A stretch of 33,234 nucleotides of DNA from Octopus bimaculoides (GCF_001194135.2 NC_068997.1:28637596-28670829); one strand, 5' to 3'. Counted from the first letter of the stretch, positions 11,998 to 23,150 are shown. The notes: generated from the letters alone by a model not told the origin. Made by a program: numbers and translations.

Positions 11998-12108
11998 CAG
12001 GGTTTTCTGTTTTTTAACCATCGAGTGGCTCTAAGGATCCAATCATGTAAAACAGGAATGAAAGAGGTCCCTAAATGTAAAAAAAAAAAAAATGGTTGGG
12101 AACCACTG
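11998..12108. mobile_element. Possible short hAT-type MITE relic
   Basis: Right end reads CAGTGGTTCCCAACC on the minus strand; left end cagggttttc is a weak match; no TSD found. Confidence 0.3.
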
Positions 12109-12998
12109 ACGTAGTGGATGGCTTTCGACTGCGTAAATGGATCGTCGCCGTTGTCGTCATTATTAAAGCAGCCATATAATAAACAAACGGTCCAGACGGA
12201 CTATATGTAATCTGAACCTTTCCCCCCTTGTTTTATTTTTTATTTTTTACGGAATCCCACGTTTTAGGCTATGGAGATTCCGATTCTGAAAAATTTTTTC
12301 AAAAATCTCAATTTCAAAATTTCGACCCCCCCCCCCCAGTTTTTATATAGATCCACAGGGTAAACCCAACCCTAACCCTGACCCTAACCCTAACACTAGT
12401 TTTGTGAGATTTGGCTGTTATTTCTAGCATGTAAATAGCCTGCTTGGTGGTGGTGGTGGGGGAAGATTGAAATTTTTCAGTCCGTCTCTACCAAACAAAC
12501 AAATAAACAGCATTTACCTTTAATGATGTCAACCTATTAAGAAGACATAATGAGTGTAATTGTGTGTCTAATATATTAATATTAAATTTTTAATAATGTT
12601 GTCCGCCTAATAATATACGGGAGACGTGAATAGAAAAGGAGATTCGCCTCTGTCTGCTGCTGTTCTTTACAATTTTGGAAAGCACGTGTATTTCGTCGTG
12701 TTTGTTCTTAAATATAATAATGGGAGGGGGGCATAAAAGAAGTATTTATTGAAAAGGTATAAATATACGTGCGCTTGTGTGTGTGTGTGTGTTTACATAT
12801 ATATATTAATATATGGAGAGAGATGACTAGATAGATAGATAGATAGATAGGTGTATAGGTGTATATGCGTACATATAAGTATTTGTGTGTGTGTGTGTGT
12901 GTGAAGACAAAGTGGAAGATGGATGCAAGTTCAATATCGGCAACAATCGTATGATTGTATATATGTGCGTATTCATGTACGTATATGTATGTGTGCAC

Positions 12999-13034
<36 letters not shown>

Positions 13035-13169
13035 GCACACACACACACACACACATATATATATAACTCAAGCATAAATGTATGACTATATAATCACTAT
13101 GACTACCATTATCACGACCACCACTACCACCAACATTACCACATGACCATTGCTATTACCCTTGTTCGT

Positions 13170-13197
13170 ACTACTGTCGCTACTACTACTACTGTCG

Positions 13198-13242
<45 letters not shown>

Positions 13243-13243
13243 A
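13170..13243. repeat. (CTA)n microsatellite
   Basis: Directly visible. Confidence 0.95.
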
Positions 13244-13539
13244 CATTATCAACTCCAATACTTTTAAATCTGCCATTGTACCTATGTAAATGAATTCTTT
13301 CGCTAATTATTTTTTTCACAAAATGCATGAATATCACATCTCACACACGTTTTTTAAATCCATTTCCTTCGTTGCGCGGGGTTTTATAAGTCAAAGTGAA
13401 TGGAGTCAAAGGCTGGTCGCAAAATTTCTATTGCTACCCTTTACTACGTACATATACAATAACTGGCGCGTATATGCATTCAGATATACAAGATATATTC
13501 ATATATATACACACACACACACACACATGTATGTATATA

Positions 13540-13572
<33 letters not shown>

Positions 13573-13641
13573 NNNNNNNNNNNNNNNNNNNNNNNNNNNN
13601 NNNNNNNNNNNNNNNNNNNNNNNNNNNNNNNNNNNNNNNNN

Positions 13642-13736
13642 ACACTTATAGAAAGAAATATATATACACACATACCTACAAATCTATCTATCAAACACAC
13701 ACACACTTATAGAAAGAAATATATATACACACATAT
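13642..13736. repeat. 61-nt period minisatellite next to an N gap
   Basis: acacttatagaaagaaatatatatacacacata starts at both 13642 and 13703. Confidence 0.8.
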
Positions 13737-14734
13737 ACGTATACCAAGTTCATTCACCTTACAATGAGCATTGTTCTTCATCCTTACGTATGTACATGGA
13801 AGTGTATGTGTGTACGTGCGTGCGTATAGTCTCCCTTTTATTTTTCTTCTTTCAATGGAATTTTTACTTTCAGTGAAGCCAGTTGCTGCCATGGTAACCC
13901 AGTGATTTTTAGGGCACCAGAGACATAATTCGCGGGAGCGAGTGTAAGGGACAGTAGAAAAGGGCTGCTGTTGTTTTAGTCCCACTTCACAGTTCAGCAC
14001 TGATGTAGCAGCCCTGCGTTTATAGGTTGATGTGTGTATGTGTGTCTATGTACACATCTCTCTCTTTCTCTCTCTCCATACATACATACATGCATGCATA
14101 CATACATACATAGTGAGAAAGAGAAAGAGAACTAAGCAGGAGGAAGAGGCCGTGAACAATTGGAGAAAGTAGAAAGCGTTGACAGAAAACGAATTACTGC
14201 TACTACTACTACCAGTAGTAGTAGTAGTAGTAGGGGAGGGCATCAGCAGTCGTAGTGGTGGTGGTGGTGGCGATTGATGATGGTTGTATCGATGTTATAC
14301 AGAGATTGGATACGCGTTGTGTATATTGGCACAACTGAATGAATGAATAAATGAAAGAATGAATGAAAGAATGAACAGTAGGACTTGTACGAAATTATGA
14401 ATGGAGCTTCAATATCCACCGAACGTTTGGATGGTGGGGTGGGGAGTAACAGATTGTCGAAGGGATGCGTGTGTTAGGTATCTGTCTATCAACCAGAGAT
14501 TGACCTCAACAGCAGTAGCAGCAGCAGTATCACTATTGATATAACCAGCGACATCTATTCATTCTCCTTTTGCTTCCTCTTCCTCTTTCTTTCTTTCTTC
14601 CTTTCTTTCTTCCTTTCTTTCTTTCTTTCTTAAACACCGCCTGTGATGGTTGGGGTGGAAGGGAGTTCACGATCTGGGCTCTGCTGGTTACAAGGGAGCT
14701 TCTCTAATTGGTCGGTCGCTCAACCTGCTAAATA

Positions 14735-14870
14735 TCGGTTTCGAATTTTGGCACAAGGCCTGCAATTTCGGAGGAGGGGGTGAATCGATTATATCGATTT
14801 CAGTGTTCCACTGGCTCTTATTTTATCGAGCCTGAAAGGATGAAAAGCAAATTCGACCCCTGATAAATAT
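14735..14870 (-). mobile_element. SINE family B, 3' half
   Basis: Reverse-complement core, CpGs retained. Confidence 0.7.
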
Positions 14871-15378
14871 TAGCAACCGAACTTGCCCCCCACCCCGCCA
14901 AGTCTCTGTAAATAAAAGACACGAGGAGAGGACAAATGTAGTCCTGGACAATATCTCTTCAAAGAGATGTGGTAGTCGCGGATGGAATGTCTTTGATCTT
15001 TCATTTATCTGCTCCTGTCAGTGTTGACCAGAGCTAGAAACAGTAACGATAAATTTGAATGAAATTTCCTTCCTTCGTAGGAATTTTCAATCCAAATATT
15101 TTTCTGTTGCTGTTTTTCATTTGGAGAATCTCTGAGAGACCGTGCATGCCCTTTTTTTTTTTACTTATTTATTTATTTATTTATTTATTTATTCCTTTTT
15201 TATTACATTTTTACTGTTCAACTTCCGCAAATTGTAATGAATAAATATTGAATTGGTTATGATTGAAAAAAAAATATTCTATTATAATGTTGCAAAACGT
15301 TTTTAAAAAATGATCAGTAAAAACATTCGACATATTCTGAAATATTCGTAATAGACCTTGAATTTTTTTTGGTGATCC

Positions 15379-15505
15379 TTCGGTGTTGGTCTACAGAGAG
15401 TCACTTTAAGGAGACGACGTCATTCACCTCTTTTCAGCCTAGCCTCTTCATTCATGTCATGAGGGGAGCGTGTGTGGGTGAATGACGTCATCTACCAACA
15501 CCGAA
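15379..15505. other. Interrupted inverted repeat containing a perfect CRE (TGACGTCA, 15483-15490)
   Basis: 15379-15390 pairs with 15494-15505 (12/12) and 15416-15428 pairs with 15477-15489 (13/13). Confidence 0.75.
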
Positions 15506-15619
15506 ATCCATATTTTTCAATTCTCTTAACCACCCTCTTCATTGTGCCTTCCTGGAATTACCAGTTTGTCACACCTGAAATACCATTCTTGAAAATAATC
15601 ATTTCTACTATAGGCACAT

Positions 15620-15765
15620 GGCTTGAAAATTTGGGGGAGGGAGACTGGTCGATTACATAGACCCCAGTGCATAACTGGTACTTAGTTTATCGACCCCCGA
15701 AATGATGAAAGGCAAAGTCCACCTCGGTGGAAGTTGAACTCAGAACATCTGTTAAGACGAACGCA
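15620..15765 (-). mobile_element. SINE family B
   Basis: Reverse-complement core and B-box. Confidence 0.75.
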
Positions 15766-15769
15766 TTAA

Positions 15770-15915
15770 GAAAGGCATCCAGCTGTAGAAACCATGATAA
15801 AACAGATGACTGGAGCCTGGTGCAGCCCTCCAGCCTTGTCGGCTCCTGTTAAACTGTCCAACCCATGCCAGCATGGAAAATAGATGAGGAATGATGATGA
15901 TGATAATTATGATCA
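15770..15915 (+). mobile_element. SINE family C, 3' part
   Basis: aaggcatccagctgtagaaacc..ccaacccatgccagcatggaaa..(GAT)n. Confidence 0.75.
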
Positions 15916-16409
15916 TGATGAATGATAGGTTCAATTTATTGCCTGATTTATTGCCAACTCCTGGTTCCTTTGGTACCTTCTGGCAAGACCTCATTCTGCA
16001 ACAAGAATTCTTGTAGCAGAATGATAGAAGGAACAAGACTAAAAATTGAAGTTAGATTTCTCAGCAAATGAGACATCTAAATTTTTAATTTATATCTGAA
16101 GAATTGTTCAAAATCAATATTTACTCACAAAACTATTGTTATTTAACAGTACATCTAATAAAGTTAATTATATGTTCGTTTAGTTGTTTTTCTTTAGTCT
16201 CATTGACCTAGTATGTGAACACTGAAAAGAGCCTCTATGTGGTTGTTCAACATGCTAGAAATAGAAACTAAATCTCCCTCATATCACACTCAGCTGGTTG
16301 ATAAAAAGAAAACATAGCAATTCTAGATATTGTGTAGATTCTGTGCAGCATGTCATGCAATGCAGTTTAAAGGAAGGAGTCCACTGAGGGAAAGGGCACA
16401 AGTCTAGGA

Positions 16410-16542
16410 ATTAGGAAGGGCATCCAGCTGTAGAAACATTGCCCAGATTGGAGCCTGGTGCAGCCTTCTGTCTCGCCAGCCCTCAGCCAAACCATCCAAC
16501 CCATGCCAGCATGGAAAGTGGATGTTAAACGGTGATGATGAT
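16410..16542 (+). mobile_element. SINE family C, 3' part
   Basis: Same motifs as 15770. Confidence 0.75.
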
Positions 16543-16750
16543 AACAAGAAAAGAATTGTTGCTATTTAGCTGCAATTCAAGTAAAAAAAAAAAAAACCAC
16601 TTTGGTTCAAAAGCATTCTGGCCACAATCTTAGTGATTCTAGAATTATATTATCATTATCTGACATAGCGCTCATTTCCAAACCTGTGTCTGATCTGTAG
16701 GAGATTTGGCTACTATTTCTAACTGGTTGAACTACTATTTAGTCCAGGGC

Positions 16751-17095
16751 CATGTTCAGTCCCACTGCATGGCACTTTCAGTGAGTATCTATAATAGTCT
16801 CAAACTGACCAAAGCCTCATGAGTGGATTTGATTGATGGAAACAGAAAGAAGCCCATAGTGTGTGTGTGTGTGTGTCCTCACCACTACTTGACAACCCGT
16901 GTTAGTGTGTTTACAACCTGTAACTTGGCAGTTCAGCAAAAGAGACCAATTGAATAAGAAATTCCAGGCATTCAAATAAAATTATACTGAGGTCAATTCA
17001 TTCAACTAGAAAATTCTTCTGGGCAGTGCCCCAGCATGGCCACAGTGTAATGACCAAAACAAGCTAAAAGACAAATAGTAAGGGATAAGAGATAA
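16751..17095 (+). mobile_element. SINE family A, CpG-decayed
   Basis: Family A motifs with systematic CG to TG/CA changes. Confidence 0.8.
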
Positions 17096-17348
17096 ACCTG
17101 CCAGAGGAAGAAAAACCAATTTATGCCAAAAGACTAAAATAGAAATTTACTCCAAGATGCAGAATCAAGTGTCTGCAAAGTTAAGCATCCATTATATTTC
17201 CCAGTACAGATGCACTTGCACAAGTACTTGTGTACTTAAAATTCGCCCTGATTGTTCCCCTCCCTTGTAGTAGGGGATTTCTATTTTGGCTCATAGGGAA
17301 GGTGTTATAAATGAATGTAATTAAGAGAAGGGAGACATTTGTAAACGA

Positions 17349-17712
17349 TGCATGGCACGGCTGAGCAGTTAAGAAATTCATGTTTACAACCACATGGTTT
17401 CTGGTTCAATTCTTCTGCTTGGCACCTTGAGTGATGTCTTCTACTTCAGCCTTGGATTCACCAATGCCTTGTCAGTGACATTTGGTAAACAGAAACTATT
17501 TTATGCTGTTTGTGTGTGTGTGGACCACCATCACTGTTTCACAACAAGTGTTGGTTTGTTTACATTCCCATAACTTAGTAGGCTGGCAAAAGAGACTGAT
17601 ACACTAAGTACCAGACCTTAAAAAATAAGTCCTGGGGGGTCGATCCGTTTAGTTAAACCCTTCAAAGTGGTGCCCCAGCATGGCCACAGGCCAATGTCTG
17701 AAACAAATAAAG
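17349..17712 (+). mobile_element. SINE family A, CpG-decayed
   Basis: Head, body and ccagcatggccacag motif are all present. Confidence 0.75.
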
Positions 17713-18166
17713 GTATGTGTGTATATATTTGTGTGTGTGTGCATGCATTTGTCTCCACACATTTCTTCCCATTGGCATCACTTGGTGGCATTAATTTCCA
17801 TTCCCCATAAAACCTCTCTTCTACAACTCCACAATCCGATTGATGCATGACATCCAGTGGAGTAAAGTACTTCATTTGAAAACCTGGAAAGGTTAGCATT
17901 CAAAACGGTACCCAGCCATGGAATATCACTTCAAGAATTCGCATCCACTTAATAATGCCTAAGTAAACTTTGGAATTGGGAAACCCAAACGCTCCACCCC
18001 ACTCCACCCCCCAGTAAGAGTTAAAACTGTTATAGTTATTACAAAGAGGGAGACTTTACCTGAAATAACAGAAATAGCAGCCGAGACTTCCTCAAAGCCC
18101 CTTTCTGTCTTGAAAGAAAGTTTGGAACACTTTAGATAAATAATCTAAAATATGGATTGCTTTTCA

Positions 18167-18372
18167 TCATCATCATCATCATCATCACCATCGTTTAACG
18201 TCCGTTCTCCATGCTGGCATGGGTTGGACGGTTTGACTGGGTCTGGGAAGCCAGGAGTCTGCACCAGGCTCCAGTCTGATCTGGCAGTGTTTCTACAGCT
18301 GGATGCCCTTCCTAACGCCAACCACTCTGAGAGTGTAGTGGGTGATTTTTACATGCCACCGGCACAGGGGCC
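18167..18372 (-). mobile_element. SINE family C
   Basis: (CAT)n then cgtttaacgtccgtt..ggatgcccttcctaacgccaaccactc. Confidence 0.85.
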
Positions 18373-18404
18373 AGAGGAGGCTGATATATATATTTATGTA
18401 TCTT

Positions 18405-18625
18405 TTATCTTTTACTTGTTTAACAATTAGACTTCGGCCATGCTGGGGCACCACCTTGTAGAATCTGTAGTCAAATCAATCAACCCCAGGACTTACTGTT
18501 TTGTTAAGCCTGGTACTTCTTCTATCGGTCTCTTTGCTGAACCGCTAAGTTATGGGGACATAAACACACCAGTCGTCAACCAATGGTGGCGGGGGGGGGG
18601 GCAAACACAGACACAAAGACACACA
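18405..18625 (-). mobile_element. SINE family A, 3' half
   Basis: Reverse complement of the family A 3' motifs. Confidence 0.75.
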
Positions 18626-19218
18626 CACACACACACACCAACTAGACTGGTGAAAAGAGAATTAAATTTAGCCAGAGTTCTGCAATGGAATGTTCCAGAC
18701 ATAATTGACACAGCGTATTTGGTATTCTTCTTTCTCATCAATCATAAAAGTACCTTTCATTGAATCTTTTTTTCTTTCTTTCAATGCTAATATTGTCAAC
18801 GGCATTAAAGCAAGAATTCCACCACCAACATTCTTCCTACATTCANNNNNNNNNNNNNNNNNNNNNNNNNNNNNNNNNNNNNNNNNNNNNNNNNNNNNNN
18901 NNNNNNNNNNNNNNNNNNNNNNNNNNNNNNNNNNNNNNNNNNNNNNNNNNNNNNNNNNNNNNNNNNNNNNNNNNNNNNNNNNNNNNNNNNNNNNNNNNNN
19001 NNNNNNNNNNNNNNNNNNNNNNNNNNNNNNNNNNNNNNNNNNNNNNNNNNNNNNNNNNNNNNNNNNNNNNNNNNNNNNNNNNNNNNNNNNNNNNNTAAGA
19101 GGGATGACCAGCAAAAGTGGACTCCTATATGCTAGAAATAGCATATATCAATTTCTACCCTCATAAATAAACTTATATATATATATATATATATATACAT
19201 TATACATATGTATATACA

Positions 19219-19256
<38 letters not shown>

Positions 19257-19259
<3 letters not shown>

Positions 19260-19612
19260 TCATCGGTTAACGTCCGTTTTCCTTGCTGGCATGGGTTGGA
19301 CGGTGTGACTGAGGACTGGTGAGCCAGAAGGCTGCACAAGGCTCCAATCTTATCTAGCAGAGTTTCTACAGCTGGATGCCTTTCCTAACGCCAACCACTC
19401 TGAGAGTGTAGTGGGTGCTTTTACGTGCCACCGGCACGAGGTCCAGTCAGGAGGTACTGATAACGACCACGTTCAAAAAAGTGTTTTTTACGTGCCACCT
19501 GCACGGGAGCCAGTCCAGCGGCACTGACAATGACCTCACTCGAATGATTTTCTAACGTGCCACCAGCACAAGTGCTAGAAGGCAATGCTGGTAACGATTA
19601 CGCTCAAATGGT
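19257..19612 (-). mobile_element. SINE family C, long copy with three 65-67-nt subrepeats
   Basis: Units starting t.acgtgccacc at 19421, 19488 and 19553. Confidence 0.85.
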
Positions 19613-19619
19613 CATTTTC

Positions 19620-20190
19620 TAAATATCTGACCAGTTGTGTTTTAAGTTGGTGGCTGTCTTAATTTCTAAGTTCCACCAAAATTCTTTTGACTCATCGGTC
19701 TCAGTGTATTCAACTTTGTCAGTGTTTTCTTTTTTGTTATCCTGTTCCAGACCGTTCAGGTCACTGCATTATGCCTTAAGGAAAGATATTACCTGGAAGA
19801 CATTCTCTCGCAGTTGGCAATAATGTAGTTGATGTCTTCAGCGTTGGACATGCATGGCCTACATTTGTTGTCTGTCAATGTTTTCTGTCATTTATGCTGT
19901 AGGTACTCGGTGAGGATCTCTTGTTCTTGTAATGCATGGAGGCAGCCTTTGAAGTAGGATGGAATAAACTTATTGGTACTCCATGCCAAGCTTTTGACAT
20001 GATCGATCTCTTCTATTATTTGTGTTTCTCATGCCAAATACCCGTGTGCTATCTTCTCAGTGAGCTGGTCCATTTTTTTTTATTTCTGTTGTTCTGATAA
20101 ATAGATTTGACCAATACTACTTGGGGAGAGATTTGTACCAGCTTTTATTTCATGCCTCTCCACTAGTTCATTAACTATCCTAATTATACT
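19620..20190 (-). mobile_element. R4/Dong-clade non-LTR retrotransposon fossil (CCHC knuckle and start of the restriction-like endonuclease)
   Basis: Minus-strand frames read KIAHGYL..LAWS..CLHALQEQEILTEYL..DNKCRPCMSNAEDINYIIANC..YLSLRHNAV..EFWWNLEIKT..LKHNWSDI, with several stops and frameshifts. Confidence 0.8.
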
Positions 20191-20586
20191 GTTCTATGTA
20201 TGTATGTATGTATGTATGGATGGATGGATGGATGCATGGATACATGGATGGATGTATATGCTGCAGTATCTACACTCTACCACATCCATCCCGTGAGATG
20301 AATGTTAATGCCAAAACTCAGTCAACCAATATAGTACAACTGGGTGTTGTATAAATCGACCTAATCACATTGGCACATTTCTGAAGGGCAATTAAGCAGA
20401 AATGTTTGATCTGATAAAATTAATAAAAAGAAAACAACAACAAAAAAAACAGTAAATAATCAAAATACAAAACAAAAACAAATGATCCAGTCTGCACATT
20501 TCTCTTTCTGTACTTTACACTATGTCATGTGTGACCTGGCAGTAAGCATCAGACAGCGTTATCTCTGAGCTGTTGTTGTTCTGTTG

Positions 20587-20819
20587 GAAGGTGGCAAGTT
20601 GGCCAAACTGTTAGCATGTTGGGCAGTAAAGCTTAGCAGCATTTTGTCTCTCTTCACATTCTGACTTCAAATGCTGCTAGGCTCACTTTGCTTCCAATAT
20701 TTCTAGGGTTTATGGCAGCGAGCCGGCAGAAAAGTTAGCACGCTGGGCAAAATGCTTAGCGGCATTTCATCTGCATTCACGTTCTGAGTTCAAATTCCGC
20801 TGAGGTCGACCTTGCCATT

Positions 20820-20856
<37 letters not shown>

Positions 20857-21080
20857 ATTATTGAAGGCAGCGAGCTGGCAGAATCGTTAACATGCTGGAC
20901 AAAATGCTTAACAGTATTTTGTCTGCTGCTACGTTCTGAGTTCATATTCCACCAAGGTCAACTTTACCTTTCATCCTTTCAGGGTCGATAAATAAAGTAC
21001 CAGTTGAGTACTGAGGTCAATGTGATTGACTGTACCCCTTCCTACAAAATCCAGGCCTTGTGCCCATAGTCCAAAGGATT
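20587..21080 (+). mobile_element. Three head-to-tail SINE family B copies (20587-20700, 20714-20821, 20863-21080)
   Basis: Three successive heads and cores; a (GTT)n tract separates copies 2 and 3. Confidence 0.85.
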
Positions 21081-21082
21081 GC

Positions 21083-21113
<31 letters not shown>

Positions 21114-21114
21114 T

Positions 21115-21354
21115 TGAAGCCTGCTACTTATTCTCTCGGTCTCTTTTGCTAAACAAGCACTGTTACTGGGATGCAAACAAACCAACATCAGTTGTCAAGC
21201 AGTGGTTGGGGTGGGGGCACACACACACACACACACACACACATGATGGGCTTCTTGCAGTTTCTGCCTACCAAATCCACTTACAAGGCTTTGGTTGGTC
21301 CAAGGCTATAGTAGAAGACATTTGCCCAAAATTCCATACAGTGGGATTGAACAG

Positions 21355-21355
<1 letters not shown>
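21115..21355 (-). mobile_element. SINE family A
   Basis: Reverse-complement body with (CA)n. Confidence 0.75.
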
Positions 21356-21389
<34 letters not shown>

Positions 21390-21744
21390 TGTTATATCAA
21401 TAGCAATTATTTTCATTTGGAAATTGTAGCTCACAGAATAGACATCGTGTTAGACTGTTGTATTCAGATTTGGTACTTTGTTGTCATCTATAATTAGAAC
21501 TGTGCTGCATGGGCATCCATAGGCAACACTTTTCTTTATTGATTGCTCTGTCAAACCAAGTTGCTTTCATAGAAAGTGCTGCTAACCAGGAGGAACTGCA
21601 CTGTTATTTAGTGTCAGGTCAACTTAATCCACTGCCATCATGTGATACAAAAATGTTGGTTTCTTTTGATAAAAACTGAGAGGGCACAGGAACCACACCA
21701 AGAAGCAGAACCTTCACCTGTTTATCTTCCCTTCAACTTTATAT

Positions 21745-22080
21745 TCTGAGCTCGAATACTGCCAGGGTCAGCTTTGCTTTTCATCCTCTCAGGATCAATA
21801 AAATAAGTACCAGTAAAACACTGGGGTCAATGTAATCAAATTATCCCCCCCCCACCCAAAAAATGGCTGCCCTTATGGCAAGCAGAATCGTTAGTATGCT
21901 GGACAAAGGGCTTAGCGGTATTTTACCTGTTGCTATGTTCTGAATTTAAATTCCACCGAGGTCAACTTTACCTTCCATCCTTTCTAGGTTGATAAATTAA
22001 GTACCAGTTGTGTACTGGGGTCAGTGTAATTGACTAGTCCTCTACCCCAAAATTTAAGACTTTGTGTCTTGTAGAAAAGG
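21745..22080 (+). mobile_element. Two tandem SINE family B copies, CpG-decayed
   Basis: Cores at about 21760-21840 and 21950-22035. Confidence 0.75.
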
Positions 22081-22499
22081 TTATTATTATTGTTGTTGTT
22101 GTTGTTGTTGTTATTATTAGTATCATTATCATCTTTTTTTTAATTCTGTTTCCATTTCTTGCCGAGTGTCTTCCTAACACCTAAGGCAGGGAACGCAATG
22201 TCTACATTGGTAGTCCATTAAAATAAATTTAAAAAATCACCAGATTGTTCATTTACAAAGTCATGTGATAGAAAAAAAGGGGAAGAAAGACAGAGAGAAA
22301 AAGGAAAACATAAAAAAATTTTAAAAGTAAATAAAGAAAATAAAGGAGAAAAAGGGAAACAAAATTCACATCAACAATGCTCTTCTCAATACGTGTGAGT
22401 TACCAGTTACCAGTAAAGACAATCTTTTGCACTTCCTGTATGGATGGTAATCCAGGGATCATTCTTAAATAATTTTCAGTTCCTTTTTCGATCATTCCA

Positions 22500-22500
<1 letters not shown>

Positions 22501-22538
<38 letters not shown>

Positions 22539-22580
22539 CATTATTATTATTATTATTATTATCATTATTATTATTATTAT
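22501..22580. repeat. (ATT)n microsatellite 100 nt upstream of the exon 2 acceptor
   Basis: Directly visible. Confidence 0.95.
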
Positions 22581-22680
22581 AAATTTACTGTTTGAACGTA
22601 TAAACTAAATGTACCATTAAATGGTTGTTGCTTCATGCGATTTAAAAAAATCTTTTGTCTTTCGTTTTTCTTTTACACAG

Positions 22681-23135
22681 GTGCGTTCCTTATTCCATAC
22701 CTTGTCATGTTGTTTGCAGAGGGGATGCCTTTACTCTACCTGGAGTTGGCCATTGGACAGAAATTTCAAAAAGGTAGCATTGGCGTATGGAATGCCATTC
22801 ATCCATATCTTGGAGGAATCGGTATCGCGAGTGCCGTCGTCTCTCTGTTATTAGCAATCTATTACAACGCCATTATTACTTGGTGTTTTTTTTACTTATT
22901 CAATTCATTCCAAAAAAATCTGCCCTGGGAAAAATGTCCCTATGATGGCAATGTGACTGTTGAAGAATGTGACATAGCTGGACCCTCTTCTTATTATTGG
23001 TATCGAGAAGCACTGAACATATCGCCTTCCATCGAAATTTCTGAAGGGATTAACTGGAAAATATTTGGCTGTTTCGTCTTTGCCTGGCTTGTGGTATACT
23101 GCTGTGTATGTCGAGGCATCCAGTCTTCTGGAAAA
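22681..23135 (+). CDS. SLC6: Coding exon 2 of the SLC6 transporter (TM2-TM4 and extracellular loop 2)
   Basis: Reads AFLIPY..EGMPLLYLELAIGQ..GSIGVW..IYYNAIITWCFFYLFNSF..LPWEKC..EEC..SYYWYREALNIS..INW..GIQSSGK. It includes the EL2 cysteine pair and NVT/NIS sequons. Donor AAA|GTAAGC at 23135/23136 is phase 0; 214+455=669 nt = 223 codons. Confidence 0.95.
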
Positions 23136-23150
23136 GTAAGCAAGCTAACT

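Larger units (their letters stand above)
413..22680 (+). other. Intron 1 (22,268 nt, GT-AG, phase 1)
   Basis: GT at 413-414; pyrimidine tract and acceptor tcttttgtctttcgtttttcttttacacag ending at 22680. Joining the flanks gives an uninterrupted conserved SLC6 motif. Confidence 0.92.

Noticed and set aside
15950-16030. Short minus-strand frame LLQEFLLQNEVLPEGTKG as a nested exon
   Set aside because: Too short, no convincing splice sites, no recognisable family.
19421-19612. CRISPR-like repeat-spacer appearance (also 23354-23930)
   Set aside because: Eukaryotic context, no unique spacers, no cas genes; explained by retroelement structure.
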